A stretch of DNA of 64,000 nt from Octopus sinensis (GCF_006345805.1 NC_042997.1:28024001-28088000); one strand, 5' to 3'. Shown: positions 26,102-38,885, counted from the first letter of the stretch. The notes: generated by a model from the sequence alone, not told the origin. Program-made: numbers and translations.

Positions 26102-29100
26102 ATGATCAAGATTGGTTGTGTAAATGCGCGTGGCTTGGGGTCCCCTTGGAAACAAGGGTACCTCTTAAATGACATAAAGTCACATAAGTTAGAAATCATA
26201 GCCATAAGCGAGACCAGACTCCACAATCCGCGGGCCCTAAAGACCATGTTTGCGGACAGTTCAACATTTATTTTTCCCCTGTCTGCCGAGAATGGGCGGT
26301 AGTGGTACCGCGGTACTTTTCACAAGAGTCTGGATCTCAAAGTAAGGACAATATTCGTAGACCCGGAGGGTAGACTGGTCGTCCTGGATGTCGACGGCAG
26401 CAATGGGTGCGCTTTTCGACTCGTATCAGTTTACGCACCGCCCTTAACAGGTCGGGCGGATTTCTTTCAACGTCTAGAAGTTTTCTTGGGAACGTCTCGT
26501 CCTTTACTCTTAGTGGGGGATTGGAATGCTACCTGGACACGCATGTAGACTACGTGGGTAGAGATAGGAATAGACGGGGATGCAAATGCCTCAGAGACCT
26601 GCTCAGACGCTTTCAACTGTCTGACAGGTTCCGACTAGACCACCCGAATGCGCCAACGTGGACATGGAGCAACCGCATCGGGTCGTCGAGATCGTATCTA
26701 GATAGGATACTGTGTAGGACAGTAGATAGAGATAGCATAGGATGTCCACAATTCCACATAGTCAGCTACACGGATCACAAACTTGTGACATGTACGCTAG
26801 ACTTAGGTAAGACACTTAGGCAGGGTCCCGGATACTGGAAACTAAACGCGTCTTTCCCATCGAGACAAGTTTTCAGAGACCGGATTAGCACACTAGTAAA
26901 GAGGGCTTTGACGGGAGCCATCATCAACAACAATGGTGGTTGGCCCTCAAGAGAGCAGTAAAAGCAGAAGCGATTAGGTACAGCAAAGCACTAGCCATAG
27001 ATAGAAATAGAGTAGAGGGTGAGCTAGTTAAGAAGCTAGAAGAGGCAATTAGAAGCGGCATCGCATCCGACGTTTTGGCGGCGAGGTTGGCCCTCGACCA
27101 ACACTTCAACGCCAAACACGAAGGATGTGCTGTCAGAGCTAGGATGCGTGCTCTAAGGAACGAAGGTGTTGGAGCCGCGAGAGAGGCCGGTGGCAGAGGC
27201 GCAACAGGGCAACAAAGCCACCATTCGGTCACTGGTAGATGAACAGGGGCGCGAATTGCTCGAGCCAAGTAAAATGTGTGAGGCCTTTCAGCAGCATTTT
27301 GCCCGACTGTTCGGAACGAGTGGAGGGCAAGAACGTAGGGTGGACTTCAGTGCCTACCTACATAGCCTACCACGACTCTCGACAAGAAAGGCAGGGTGTG
27401 CTGCGAAGGTGCCATCACGGCGGCGGAAGTGCGGGAAGCGATGGCAGAATGCTCGAGGGACAAATCACCGGGTTTGGATGGTCTACCCTACGAGCTTTAC
27501 AATTGTATGCCAGACTTGTTTGGAGATCTCTTGCGGCGGTGTACTGCAACTGGCAGCAAAACGGGAGCATTCCTGGTTCTGTGAGCCGAGGAGCCGTAAC
27601 ACTGCTGAAGAAAGATCTAATCAAGGGAAATGTAAGATAACTTTAGGCCCATCACTCTGCTTAATGCAGACTTGAAAATTTTGGCCAAGGTGCTAGCCAA
27701 GAGGTTGGCACTTGTCATCGAGAAACTGGTCGACAAGGCGCAAACATGGCGCCGTGCCAGGCCGGACCATCCATGACAACCTCCACCTGATGCACTACAT
27801 CATAGACAGGGTAGTTAACGAACCTGGCAGGGTGGGGCGCTGATCAATTGGATCAATCGAAAGCTTTCGATAGGGTGGACCATCGATACTTGGAGGCGGT
27901 CCTCGGAGCGGCTGGTTCGGTCCCGTCTCCGCGGCTGGATAGCCGCTTTGTACAGAGGCATCCGTTCGGTAATTCGCGTGAATGGACATCTATCGAGACC
28001 CTTCGACATCGCACGTTCGGTCCGTCAGGGATGCCCCTCTCGGCGCTACTATACGTATTGACTCTCGAGCCATTATTGCGGAAGCTGGCAACCTTGAGAG
28101 GCATCCCGCGAGAACTGGGATGCGGGACGAGCGTGTCTGCATACGCGGACGACGTCACCGTCATAGTGTCAGCCACGAGCACATCGAGCAGGTCGGCGAG
28201 ACACTGAAAAACTACGAAGCGGTGACAGGAGCGAAAATCAACCGGGAAAAGTCAGTGGGCTTGCGACTAGGCACCTGAGAGAAGCAAGCCCATGCCGTCC
28301 ACGAGCGCCTCCGTCGTGGGACGCTGGACCGACGGCCCGGTTGAGTTGCTCGGGGTCTGGTTTGGTCCGGACCTCCAAGTGGAGAAGAACTGGAACGAGA
28401 TAACGAGTAGGGTGGTCACTCTCGCCCGGCAATGGGCCGAGAGGAAACTGTCCCTAAAAGGTCGGGCGGAGGTGGCGAACACGTACATCGCGTCCGTCAT
28501 CTACTACCGCCTGACCGTCGTACCTTGTCCCGACCCTACCATCACCAAACTACAACGCATTCTCTTTCGCTTCTGGTGGAAAGGATGCGTCCCGATGGTC
28601 AGGCGATCCATTTGCTGTCAACACCCGTTAAAAGGAGGGCTGGGCATGCCGTGGTTGATGATGCGCAGACACGCGCTGAGACTGCGACATCTCTGGCTCT
28701 ATGTAGACGACAGTGAACAGGTGTGGTCGCCGTTTGTGAGGCACGCTTTCCCGCAGCTCGTCTCCATGACCGAACTGCAGTCGTGGATCAAAAAGAGGCC
28801 GAAGAAGGGCGAATGGCACCGCGAGTGTCGCGTTGCTCTCAAGCAACTCTGCCGTCCTGGGTCGACCTTGGGTGACTTCAACACAACCAAAGCATTCTAT
28901 AGGGGTTTAGTGGAGGGGAGGTACGACGACGAGCTCGGGGCGAACCTGGACGTCGACGAGGAGTACCTGACCCGCCTGTTCAGGACGACTTTCGGGCCAG
29001 GGCCCATGGACAACTTCCAGAGATCCCTGGCCTGGCAGTGCTACCGAGAAGCGCTACCCGTTCGGGATAAGCTCTACAGACACGGCTCGAGAAACACGGG

Positions 29101-29527
29101 GCCGACCTGCCCGAGATGCGGTCAGAGCGACGAAACCGTTCTGCACGCACTCGTGCAGTGTCCAACACTTTCCGACCTGTGGGCTTATGTCGAACAACTG
29201 CTGTCACGTGTGGGACGAGTCGGTTTATCAGCTGAGTCTATCGTTAATATTGTCACGCCTCCCTCCTTCAAACGGGAAGGAAGAGCTATTTTCATCATCC
29301 TTGTGGCTATGGCGAAAGAATGTATCTGGTGGACGCGTCTGAAAGGATTGGAGACAAACACTTTCCTCTCTGGTCAATCTCTCATCAACTTCTTCAAGTA
29401 CCACTTGAAAAGGAAAGTGAGAGTAGAGAGGCAAGTTTTGTCTAGCGAATGTTTTAAAAAAAGATGGGTGAATGTAGCAAGGATGGCACGTATGAATGAC
29501 GAAGCCACCTTGAGCATGATCCTATGA
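26102..29527 (+). pseudogene. LINE ORF2 (APE endonuclease + reverse transcriptase), frameshifted
   Basis: IGCVNARGL...ISETRL and SYLDRI...TDHKLV (APE), KSPGLDGLPYE, DQSKAFDRVDH, SAYADDV (RT), CPRCGQSDETVLHALVQC (C-terminal); the last 411 aa are open. Confidence 0.92.
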
Positions 29528-30584
29528 ACCCAGAAATTGAAAACAGAGAGTTGCTTATTTGCAAAAAAAAAAAAAAAGAAATATAACATGTGACTCCATT
29601 GACCGAGGTTACCGTGGTCTTTTCCGTAGGCTTTTCTTTCCACGGGTAAACCTCACCTGTCCTCCCCTTTACACTTCATATTGACATTTCTGTGATAACG
29701 ATCCCTATTGATCAATTTTTTTTTTTTTTTTCTCTTTTTTTCTTCCTCTCCCCCTTTTTTTTAACCCCCTTTTTTTGTCCTCTTTCTCTCCTTTTACGAT
29801 CCCTTTTGATCGAAACTCCCCCTTCCTATTTTTTCTTTTTTTTTTTTTTTTTAAACCTTCAAAAGAAAAGCTCTACCTTGTAATTTGTTCTATCTGTGTG
29901 CAGCCCTGTGTGGCTAATAAAGAAACATATATTCGCAGGTGCAAAATCAATGTACATTACGATCATATTCTTGAACTCAGTTTTCAAATGTGATGTGGTC
30001 TTTGCAAGTGTCATAAGTTAGATGAGATTCTTCATAATACACTTAATTGTGTAATAGTGAACATCAGAAACAGAAACATAAGGTCTGTACACCGTACTAG
30101 AATTGATATTCGCATTAATATAGTTGTCATATTGATCCATCAATTATGACTGCAGATATACTTTATGTTCAAATAAATCTTGTTTCTAAAAGATTTTAAG
30201 CAAGTAAACATCCATTATGCCACGTCATTACTAAATTCCAGTATTAACCAGATGTTAGTTCTTTCATATTCTTATATCAACGATTACACAAAGATGAATA
30301 TTTATCTAATGAAACGTGGAGCATTTTAGCCTTTCTGTTTCACTATTTTTTTAATCAGAATTATGAACCCTCTGCTTTAAATGCAAAATATTTCTTGTTC
30401 AGAATAAAATTATATCTGTGATAACGCTTCTAACAGATATACTTTTAAAAATTGCATTGAAGTATATATAAACTCAGTCTGTTTTTTTTTTCGTAAAGAA
30501 GCTTACATTCTGTGGGTTGATTCTTCTCGAAGGAGGTTCACTTATTGCAGTTTTAATATATACTGTGAAAATAACTTCTCTTTT

Positions 30585-30807
30585 ACTTGTTTCAGTCATT
30601 TGATTGTGGCCATGCTGGAGCACCGCCTTAATCGAGCAAATCGACCCCAGGACTTATTCTTTGTGAGCCTAGTACTTATTCTATAGGTCTCTTTTGCGGA
30701 ACCGCTAAGTTACGGGGACGTATTCACACCAACATCGGTTGTCAAGCGATGTTGGGGGCGGGGGCAAACATAGGTACACAAACATATACACACATACATA
30801 TATATAT

Positions 30808-30850
<43 letters not shown>

Positions 30851-30861
30851 CATATATATAT

Positions 30862-30892
<31 letters not shown>

Positions 30893-31022
30893 GCCGAGCT
30901 TCTTTCAGTTTCCATCTACCAAATCCACTCACAAGGCTAGAGTAGAAGACACTCGCCCAAGGTGCCACGCAGTGGGACTGAACCTGGTTGATAAGCAAGC
31001 TACTTACCACACAGCCAATCCT
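30585..31022 (-). mobile_element. tRNA-derived SINE, family A
   Basis: On minus: A-box TGGCTGTGTGG, B-box-like GGTTCAGTCCC, central AT/CA repeat, conserved tail; co-linear with 6561-6990 and 43320-43712. Confidence 0.9.
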
Positions 31023-32945
31023 ACACATATAATACTTCATTCACAATTTCTAAATCGCACAGAGGGCCTCCTTTTAAACCAGCTGAGCATTTTAAGGCAG
31101 CCTTGAAATTATTAAGTAGTTTTATTACAAGTCAAGGAATGCATATTTAACAAGATGCAGTCTCAGGAATTCGCAAGGGGTTTATAGGCTAATTTTTTGG
31201 AAATCCAGTATGAAAAATATAAAACCTACTTGTATTTTGCCTAAACCCGTCGAGATATGCTCAGCTATATATATATATAGTATATATTAGTAATCGAACA
31301 TGTGAATTATGCTTCTGATTTTTTCCTGATCATCTGTTCCTATCTCATTTTTGCCTTTTTTTCTTCTGTTCTCTGTGCTTTTCTTTATATATAACACGGA
31401 GTTCATAATTTTACTTTTAACTTAAGTTTTTCTTCTTTCAGCATCAAATAATCACTGTATTTGTATTTGGATTCATTGTACACACACGCAGATATACATA
31501 CGCACCCACCCCACCAAATACAGACACACATGTCTCCCCTTACACACATACACAAACAGACGCGCGAACACCCATACGCATGTATATATTGAAGGCATGT
31601 GCACAGTTCTGTTCTACTAAATGTTTCTCACGCTCAAGTTATTGTTCAATCCGAGTCCATTTAACGACTGAAACAGAACAACTTCATGATTAGTTATGCG
31701 ATAAAATAAAATAAATCAAAATAAAACAGCAAATATAATACCAGTTTTTGCCAAATGTTTTATCGACATTTACAGAAGACAATTACAGACATACTTCATC
31801 CAAAGTACATACAACATCACCATAACATACCGATTCAAAACTACATTCGTTGGCATCGAGTAAAACAATTATTGAAAAATTAAATTATCGTCACACGCCA
31901 TTAGATCAAAAGTATTTACTTTGGTTTCTTTAGTTTTCCTTTAATGTTGTAGACGTTAATTACATTTTCAACTACTTAAATGTCGCATTATTATGCGAAT
32001 GTCGTTCAAAAATAATTTAATTTTCTAGTATTTCTCTTACTTTGTTCCGACAAATATCCATTTCTATACGTACACACTTATATAAGAATACATATGGACA
32101 TCTTTCTCTCTCTCCTTCTCTCTCTTGTTCTTCTCCCACACTACTCTTTCTCTCTTTATACACACACATACACATTTCTATGTTTCTGTAAAGCTATGTG
32201 TATTTGTTTACATATACTCACACAACGCATGGACACACAAATACATCTGAGCATAATCGTATACCATCAAAATATATACATACATATACACTTTTAAACG
32301 CGTACCAGTACACATAAGTACATACATATTCATAAAAAAAATTTCTTCTTATGGAATTCCACTTTACATTAATGTGGTTAGAATTGCAAAACAAAGGATA
32401 CATGCCTATACCACTGATATGATTATAAATCCAGTAAAGGAAATGAACTTTCACTAATTTGGTAAGCCGCCTGGATTGATGCATGACACACATACATAAA
32501 AAAGTCTACACTTTTCAATGTTTAAAGACAATATTATGCCTTTACAAAACTTGTCAATCAGTCAAAGTAAAATCTGATGTTCCTGTCAAAAATACGATAT
32601 ATTTGCTTATATAACTACATATTTACATACATTGATACACCTACTGATGCGTATAGGTAGACCTCATAAACATATGGTTACATCCACTTATACATATACA
32701 TGCAAGCGTGCTTCCTTACATACATGCATCCAACCATTTCATACATGCATGCATGCATGCATACATACATACATACATACATACATACATACATGCATAC
32801 ATACATACATGCATACATACATCCATGGCTACTAAGATGATCTCTAAATTCGAATGAAAGAACAGTATCTCTTGCCTGGAGATTATTTCCTTTTTGACAG
32901 GAAATTTATAAAGTACCAGTATATATATATTTATATATGTATATA

Positions 32946-33029
<84 letters not shown>

Positions 33030-34095
33030 CATAGATATACATATATCCCACGATCAGAAATTGTAGACCACTTTCACTTTCCGGTCTTTCAAAATGTGAC
33101 CTCGTGTGTACCGTTGGCGATTTTTTTTCCTCTGTTTTCCCTTCTCGGGATCTTTCCTTCTCCTATGTTTCCGACGAAGAACTCCACTCTAAACGTTAAA
33201 CCCTCCCTCTTCCCTTCTTTCCTGAGCGTCCAATAATACTATATTTGTTCCACGTCCTCGCGTTGTTGTGTTTTTTTGTGTTTTCTTGAGCACATATTCT
33301 TAATAACTGGTACGACTCTTTGTTTGTCTCTCTCTCACTCTCACTTTTACTTGATCTGTCCCCTTCTCTCTCTACTCATCCTCTTTTTCTCTTCTCTTTC
33401 CTCTGATTCTTTGGTCTAATCTTCCACTACCCTCCTAATTCTTTGTCTCGCTCTGCACTCACAGGTCAATCTTCGACACCCATCCCTTCTCCTCTCTGAT
33501 TCCTTCTTTCTCTCTCTTCTCTCTCTTTGTTGCGTTTGTCCCTCCTCTCTCTCTCTCTTCCGTTGCTTCTCTTTCTTTTCTTTTCTCTCTTCTCTGTCAC
33601 GTGACTGCTGGCCGAAATCTGCCTTTCAGCTTCTGACCAGCGTCGTGTTAACATCGTTGTTTTTCGTCCGCCGCTATAGGCATCGCCGATAAGGCTCCTT
33701 TCCTTGCGCCAGAGAAATAATTTTGTTTACTTGTTATCAGTCGTAAGACACTTGTTGTTGTTTTCACCCGTTAATGCTTCTGTATTTCATGTTTCTGTAT
33801 TCCATTATTTTTTTGTTTTTTTTTTATATTCGTCCCTTTTGCTGTCCTGGTGTCCGTATGCATTCGATCCTTCTTCCAGGAAATCTACGCTCCCAGCTTA
33901 GTTTTTCTAATGCTCGTGCTTAGTTTTTCTTGGAGGCTGGCCGTGATCTAGTAATCTCAAGATTAATCAGCCGAAATTACTACGATGATCCGGTTCTTGA
34001 CTGAAGACTGAGGGTTTCGAATGTCCTGTCCGTGTTTATTGTATCGTCTTCTAAGAGTTATACGTTCTTGTCCATGTTGTATTTTTCTACATACC

Positions 34096-34132
<37 letters not shown>

Positions 34133-34205
34133 CAGTCGTGTTGAAACACGTGATACAGAAAAGTGCAGCATTCACTACAAAACATTTGTGGAGTAAATTT
34201 TAAAG

Positions 34206-35060
34206 GGTTAATATCTAGATCCGCACCCGGTGGAAAAAATGGAAACGCAAATGTGTAACAGTTGTAAGGCATCGTATATTGACGTAATAAGACGGAAAAA
34301 AAGGGCGCTGACGAACGGGGGAGGGGGGAGGGGGGTCGGAAAATTCCCAGGATCAACCTGGAATCTAAAATGTGTAACAGTTGTAAGGCATCGTATAAAA
34401 TGTGTAACAGTTGTAAGGCATCGTATATTGACGGAATAAGACGTAAAAAAAGGGCGCTGACGAACGGGGGTGGGGTGGTGGGTCGGAAAATTCCCAGGAT
34501 CAACCGTAGAGGATCCACGCCCAGGTGGCAAAAATGGAAAAAAATATGTGCAAGAGGTGTAAGGCATCGTATATTGAAGGAATATGACGAAAAAAAAGCG
34601 CGCTGACAAACGGGGGAGGGGGCTCGGAAAATTCCCAGGATCAACCGTAGAGGATCCACGCCCAGGTGGCAAAAATGGAAAAAAATATGTGTAAGAGGTG
34701 TAAGGCATCGTATATTGAAGGAATATGACGAAAAAAAAGCGCGCTGACAAACGGGGGGGGGGGCTCGGAAAATTCCCAGGATCAACCGTAGAGGATCCAC
34801 GCTAGGTAGCAAAAATGGAAAAAAATATGTGCAAGAGGTGTAAGGCATCGTATATTGAAGGAATATGACGAAAAAAAAGCGCGCTGACAAACGGGGGGGA
34901 GGGGGCTCGGAAAATTCCCAGGATCAACCGTAGAGGATCCACGCCCAGGTGGCAAAAATGGAAAAAAATATGTGCAAGAGGTGTAAGGCATCGTATATTG
35001 AAGGAATATGACGAAAAAAAAGCGCGCTGACAAACGGGGGGGGGGAGGGCGCTCGGAAAA
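34206..35060 (+). repeat. Tandem array of ~141-146-bp units (left arm, about 6 units)
   Basis: TTCCCAGGATCAACC recurs at ~34344, 34491, 34632, 34773 and 34915; units differ mainly in G-run length. Confidence 0.9.
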
Positions 35061-35200
35061 TTGCCTACGATTTAAAGAAAAATTTACCATCAATTTTCAC
35101 CATTTAAACGCATTGTTGGCATAAGGGAAGTAACTCTCTAAAAATCTCTATATATAAACGGCAGTTTTTCTGTGTGTCTGTCAGGTTGTACCCTCACCCT

Positions 35201-35415
35201 ACTTCTATCCCTGGCCCTCCAATTGGTGTTTGGGAATTTGCGGCCCAATGAAGACAGACTTCAGAGCAGAAGGACCTCCAATCAACGGACGTAGCAAGCG
35301 ATATATCTAAATTCTCAATAACTGCTTTGTGCGACCAACCTTCTGTTAAGAAATGGTTTACATACAAATGGTTTACATACCACGCATGTGGTAAGTACAC
35401 ATTATATTTTCCCAA
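35201..35415 (-). pseudogene. Merlin/ISXO2 (IS1595-family-like) transposase fragment
   Basis: ATSVDWRSFCSEVC...TPIGGPGIEV matches the vDW..f.REvc and IGGPG..VEIDE segment that precedes the first catalytic Asp of Merlin transposases; truncated just before that Asp. Confidence 0.75.
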
Positions 35416-35524
35416 TATTATTGATTGTCACAGAATAATTATCAATCGCAACTTCAAAAATTCAAATTCCATTACTTCAGTTTTCACTTTTTGTTTGTAA
35501 AATAAAAAAATATATATATATAGA

Positions 35525-35812
35525 CTAGCAGTATCGCCCGGCGTTGCTCGGGTTTGTAAGGGAAATAACTATAAAGCATTTTTAGCAAAAATATTGAAAA
35601 TAGCAAAAAAATTGAAATTCTCGACCCCATGTCGAATTTATCGATTTTTTTCAGAACTGGGGGAACTTTTCAAAATTTTCGCTGCGTTAGTTTTGAATTA
35701 TGACATTGGGCTATGTGTGTGTCAAGTTTCATCAGAATCGGTTGAAAGCCGTGGTCAGGGTGAGGGTACAACCTGACAGACACACAGAAAAACTGCCGTT
35801 TATATATAGAGA
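35525..35812 (-). mobile_element. Short non-autonomous Helitron inside the foldback element
   Basis: Minus strand: A|TCTCTATATATAAAC 5' end at 35812; hairpin CCCGAGCAACGCCGGG and CTAG|T 3' end at 35525. The 3' ~50 bp is nearly identical to 8090-8147. Confidence 0.8.
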
Positions 35813-35896
35813 TTTTTAGAGAGTTACTTCCCTTATGCCAACAATGCGTTTAAATGGTGAAAATTGATGGTAAATTTTTCTTTAAATCGTAGGCAA

Positions 35897-36765
35897 TTTT
35901 CCGAGCGCCCTCCCCCCCCCCCGTTTGTCAGCGCGCTTTTTTTTCGTCTATTTCCTTCAATATACGATGCCTTACACCTCTTGCACATATTTTTTTCCAT
36001 TTTTGCCACCTGGGCGTGGATCCTCTACGGTTGATCCTGGGAATTTTCCGAGCCCCCGAGCCCCCCCGTTTGTCAGCGCGCTTTTTTTTCGTCATATTCC
36101 TTCAATATACGATGCCTTACACCTCTTGCACATATTTTTTTCCATTTTTGCCACCTGGGCGTGGATCCTCTACGGTTGATCCTGGGAATTTTCCGAGCCC
36201 CCGAGCCCCCCCGTTTGTCAGCGCGCTTTTTTTTCGTCATATTCCTTCAATATACGATGCCTTACACCTCTTGCACATATTTTTTTCCATTTTTGCTACC
36301 TGGGCGTGGATCCTCTACGGTTGATCCTGGGAATTTTCCGAGCCCCCCCCCCCCGTTTGTCAGCGCGCTTTTTTTTCGTCATATTCCTTCAATATACGAT
36401 GCCTTACACCTCTTACACATATTTTTTTCCATTTTTGCCACCTGGGCGTGGATCCTCTACGGTTGATCCTGGAATTTTCCGACCCCCCCACCCCACCCCC
36501 GTTCGTCAGCGCCCTTTTTTTACGTCTCTTATTCCGTCAATATACGATGCCTTACAACTGTTACACACCTTAGATTCCAGGTTGATCCTGGGAATTTTCC
36601 GACCCCCTCCCCCACCCCCTTCCGACCCCCCCCCCCCCCCCCTCCCCCACCCCCGTTCGTCAGCGCCCTTTTTTTCCGTCTTATTACGTCAATATACGAT
36701 GCCTTACAACTGTTACACATTTGCGTTTCCATTTTTTGCACCGGGTGCGGATCTAGATATTAACC
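35897..36765 (-). repeat. Tandem array of ~141-146-bp units (right arm)
   Basis: Reverse complement of the left array; GGTTGATCCTGG(G)AATTTTCC recurs about every 145 bp. Confidence 0.9.
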
Positions 36766-37382
36766 TTTTAAAGTTTTGCATAAACGACAATTTGAATTTA
36801 GCACTCCAATTTCAACAGAATTATTGTTTTTATAAAAATGAGAAGGATCATATCTGAAAGCAGCTCCAGATGTTGTGAAGAACGAATTTGTACGTTGTCT
36901 GTTTCTGAGAGATATTCTATTGATCTTCTCTATAATGTAGCGTGCAAAACGATGTTTTAATGTTTCACCATTAAGTGCTGCAGCATGTCTTTGCTGATCT
37001 TGAGAAAGTCTCATGTCCCTCCTCTCCTGAGACTCCATTTGATATTTTGCAGCATGCCTTTTCTGATCATGAGAAAATCTCATCTCCCTTCTGGCTTGGG
37101 ACTCCATCAGACGTGCTGCAGCATACGTTTGCTAATGTGGAGAATGACTACTCTCCCTTCTCTCTTGAGACTGTATTTGACGTGCTGCAGCATGAATTTA
37201 GTGGTCTTTGGAAGGTGTCATGTCCCTTCTGTACTGAGACTCCCTCTGACGTCCTGCAGCATGCCTCTGCTGATGTTGAGAAAGTCTCATGTCCCTTATA
37301 TTTTGAGACTTTTGCCTTCGGTTTCTGTACTCCTTGCTTTATTGATGTTTCCGGAGAGATTACGTTTTTTCCTTTGTGGCAT
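36766..37382 (-). pseudogene. Helitron Rep/Helicase ORF N-terminal remnant
   Basis: Starts MPQRKKRNL, then five 69-bp (23-aa) repeats of ESQERRDMRLSQDQQRHAA type, then AAFRYDPSHFY...VEIGVLNSNCRLCKTLK (the typical Helitron N-terminal AAF.Ydp...IG.M...C..C.aLK region); stops and a frameshift present. Confidence 0.75.
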
Positions 37383-38483
37383 ATTTTTTCGATATTTTAA
37401 ACATAAAAAAATTATCATCATAGAAAAAATATACATTGATCTCTATTTTTTAAAGCAGGTGTATGTATGTAGTATGTCTATATTTTTGTATGCAGTGTAA
37501 ATGAACCAAATATAAGCAAATTGTAAATACCTTGCAACTGCTGCGATAATTATGAATCGTTAATTGAATGCTAGATGTGTATTTTTATATAACTTGGACC
37601 CTTCAGGTAATTGTTTTGTCAAGTGTTTCACCTCCAGCCGTTCTCGTCACATATGTATATGTATGTGTAGATATATGTGTATGTTTAATAAGGTATGTAA
37701 CGGGCCCGCAAACACACACACTCACAAACACATACACTTTCATATACAAAATATTACGATAAGCACACATACACTCTCACTCACAGTCACATACATATAG
37801 TAAGAGAGACACATTTAGACATACATTCACCCATGTCAATCGTCACATGTGTATATGTATGTGTAGATATGTGTGTGTTTAATAACTTACCTAACGCAGA
37901 AGCACACAGAGTCATAGAGACATACACGCTCATATAAGCACACATATACACTCAGAGGCACATACAAATTCATATATGTGACGTCATCGTGGTGGTGGAA
38001 TAAAATGTTCTTTCCTATCTCGTACGTAGCGTACGCGCAAATACACACATGAAGGAGAACGAATAAAAGTGAAATAATGTTATAGTTTTATCCTATTAGA
38101 ATTAAAAGTGAAAGAATAAAAGTGAAGCAATATTAAATCACATAAGGAAGTCAATTTGTAGACAGAAATTACAAATCCCAGAAATTACAAATCCCAGCGT
38201 ATACAGCTGTAGAAGAAAATAGTTTGAATGAAAAAAATCTTGACCCACGCATGAACACTCAGTGGCGTGGTTAAATTCTCATTGGTTAGTAACTAAGGCT
38301 TATCGGCTGTATCACAACGATTTTCGATAGAGGGAGAAATGTAAATAGTGTATTTAAAAAGAAGGAGAGCAAACAATTTGAAATAAGTAAATTAATGTTG
38401 GTTGGAGAACGTAAAAAATAGGGTGAAGCCAAAGATATTTACGTACGCCAAAATTGAAATAAACTGTAGTCAATTTTCAGAGT

Positions 38484-38514
<31 letters not shown>

Positions 38515-38699
38515 AAGAGAGAGAGTGAGTGAAAAAACAGACATAGACTTAATCTTAATGAGAAGAAGTATTGCAGTAGGAAAATGAAATAGAAGAGATA
38601 AACAGAGAGAGAAATGAGAGAGAATCGCTTGAAGACTGCAGAAGTCAAAGTGAGAGAATCATTTGAAAATTGCAGTTTTTAGAGAAAAACCAATGTGAA

Positions 38700-38885
38700 A
38701 AATTTTTTTCTTGGTCAGTTTCTCGCATTACGCGGGAACTCTTGGGAAAATATTACAATGTAAGACCATCTTTGGCACATAATTAATATGTGTGTAAAGT
38801 TTGGTGAAAATCGTTTGAAAACTGTAGAAATGCATACGTACTACATACACGCACACAGACATCCTTTGTTTCATATATATAGAGA
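38700..38885 (-). mobile_element. Helitron 5' terminus, probably of the element carrying the 36766-37382 ORF
   Basis: A|TCTCTATATATATGAAAC... at 38885 followed by GT-rich and CGATTTTCACCAAACTT subterminal sequence, similar in layout to the 5' ends at 7852 and 35812. Confidence 0.55.

Larger units (their letters stand above)
23837..29927 (+). mobile_element. Full-length Tx1/L1-clade LINE flanked by an 11-bp TSD
   Basis: TATATTCGCAG at 23826-23836 and 29928-29938. Contains a 5' UTR, ORF1 with zinc knuckle, ORF2 (APE-RT-C-terminal Cys/His motif), a T-rich 3' UTR and AATAAA at ~29916. Confidence 0.9.
34206..36765 (-). mobile_element. Foldback DNA transposon with ~1-kb terminal inverted arms, Merlin-like
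   Basis: Arms 34206-35200 and 35757-36765 are reverse complements starting GGTTAATATCTAGATCC; 8-bp direct repeat TTTTAAAG at 34198-34205 and 36766-36773; internal ISXO2-like transposase remnant. Confidence 0.85.

Noticed and set aside
33985-34030. CTGAAGA...GAAT hammerhead-like motif
   Set aside because: Stem II does not close on the core and the GAAA box is broken.
34206-36765. Regular ~145-bp array as a CRISPR-like or coding repeat (ORFs of 264, 180 and 183 aa)
   Set aside because: Units repeat along their whole length with no unique spacers; the ORFs are by-products of the tandem unit.
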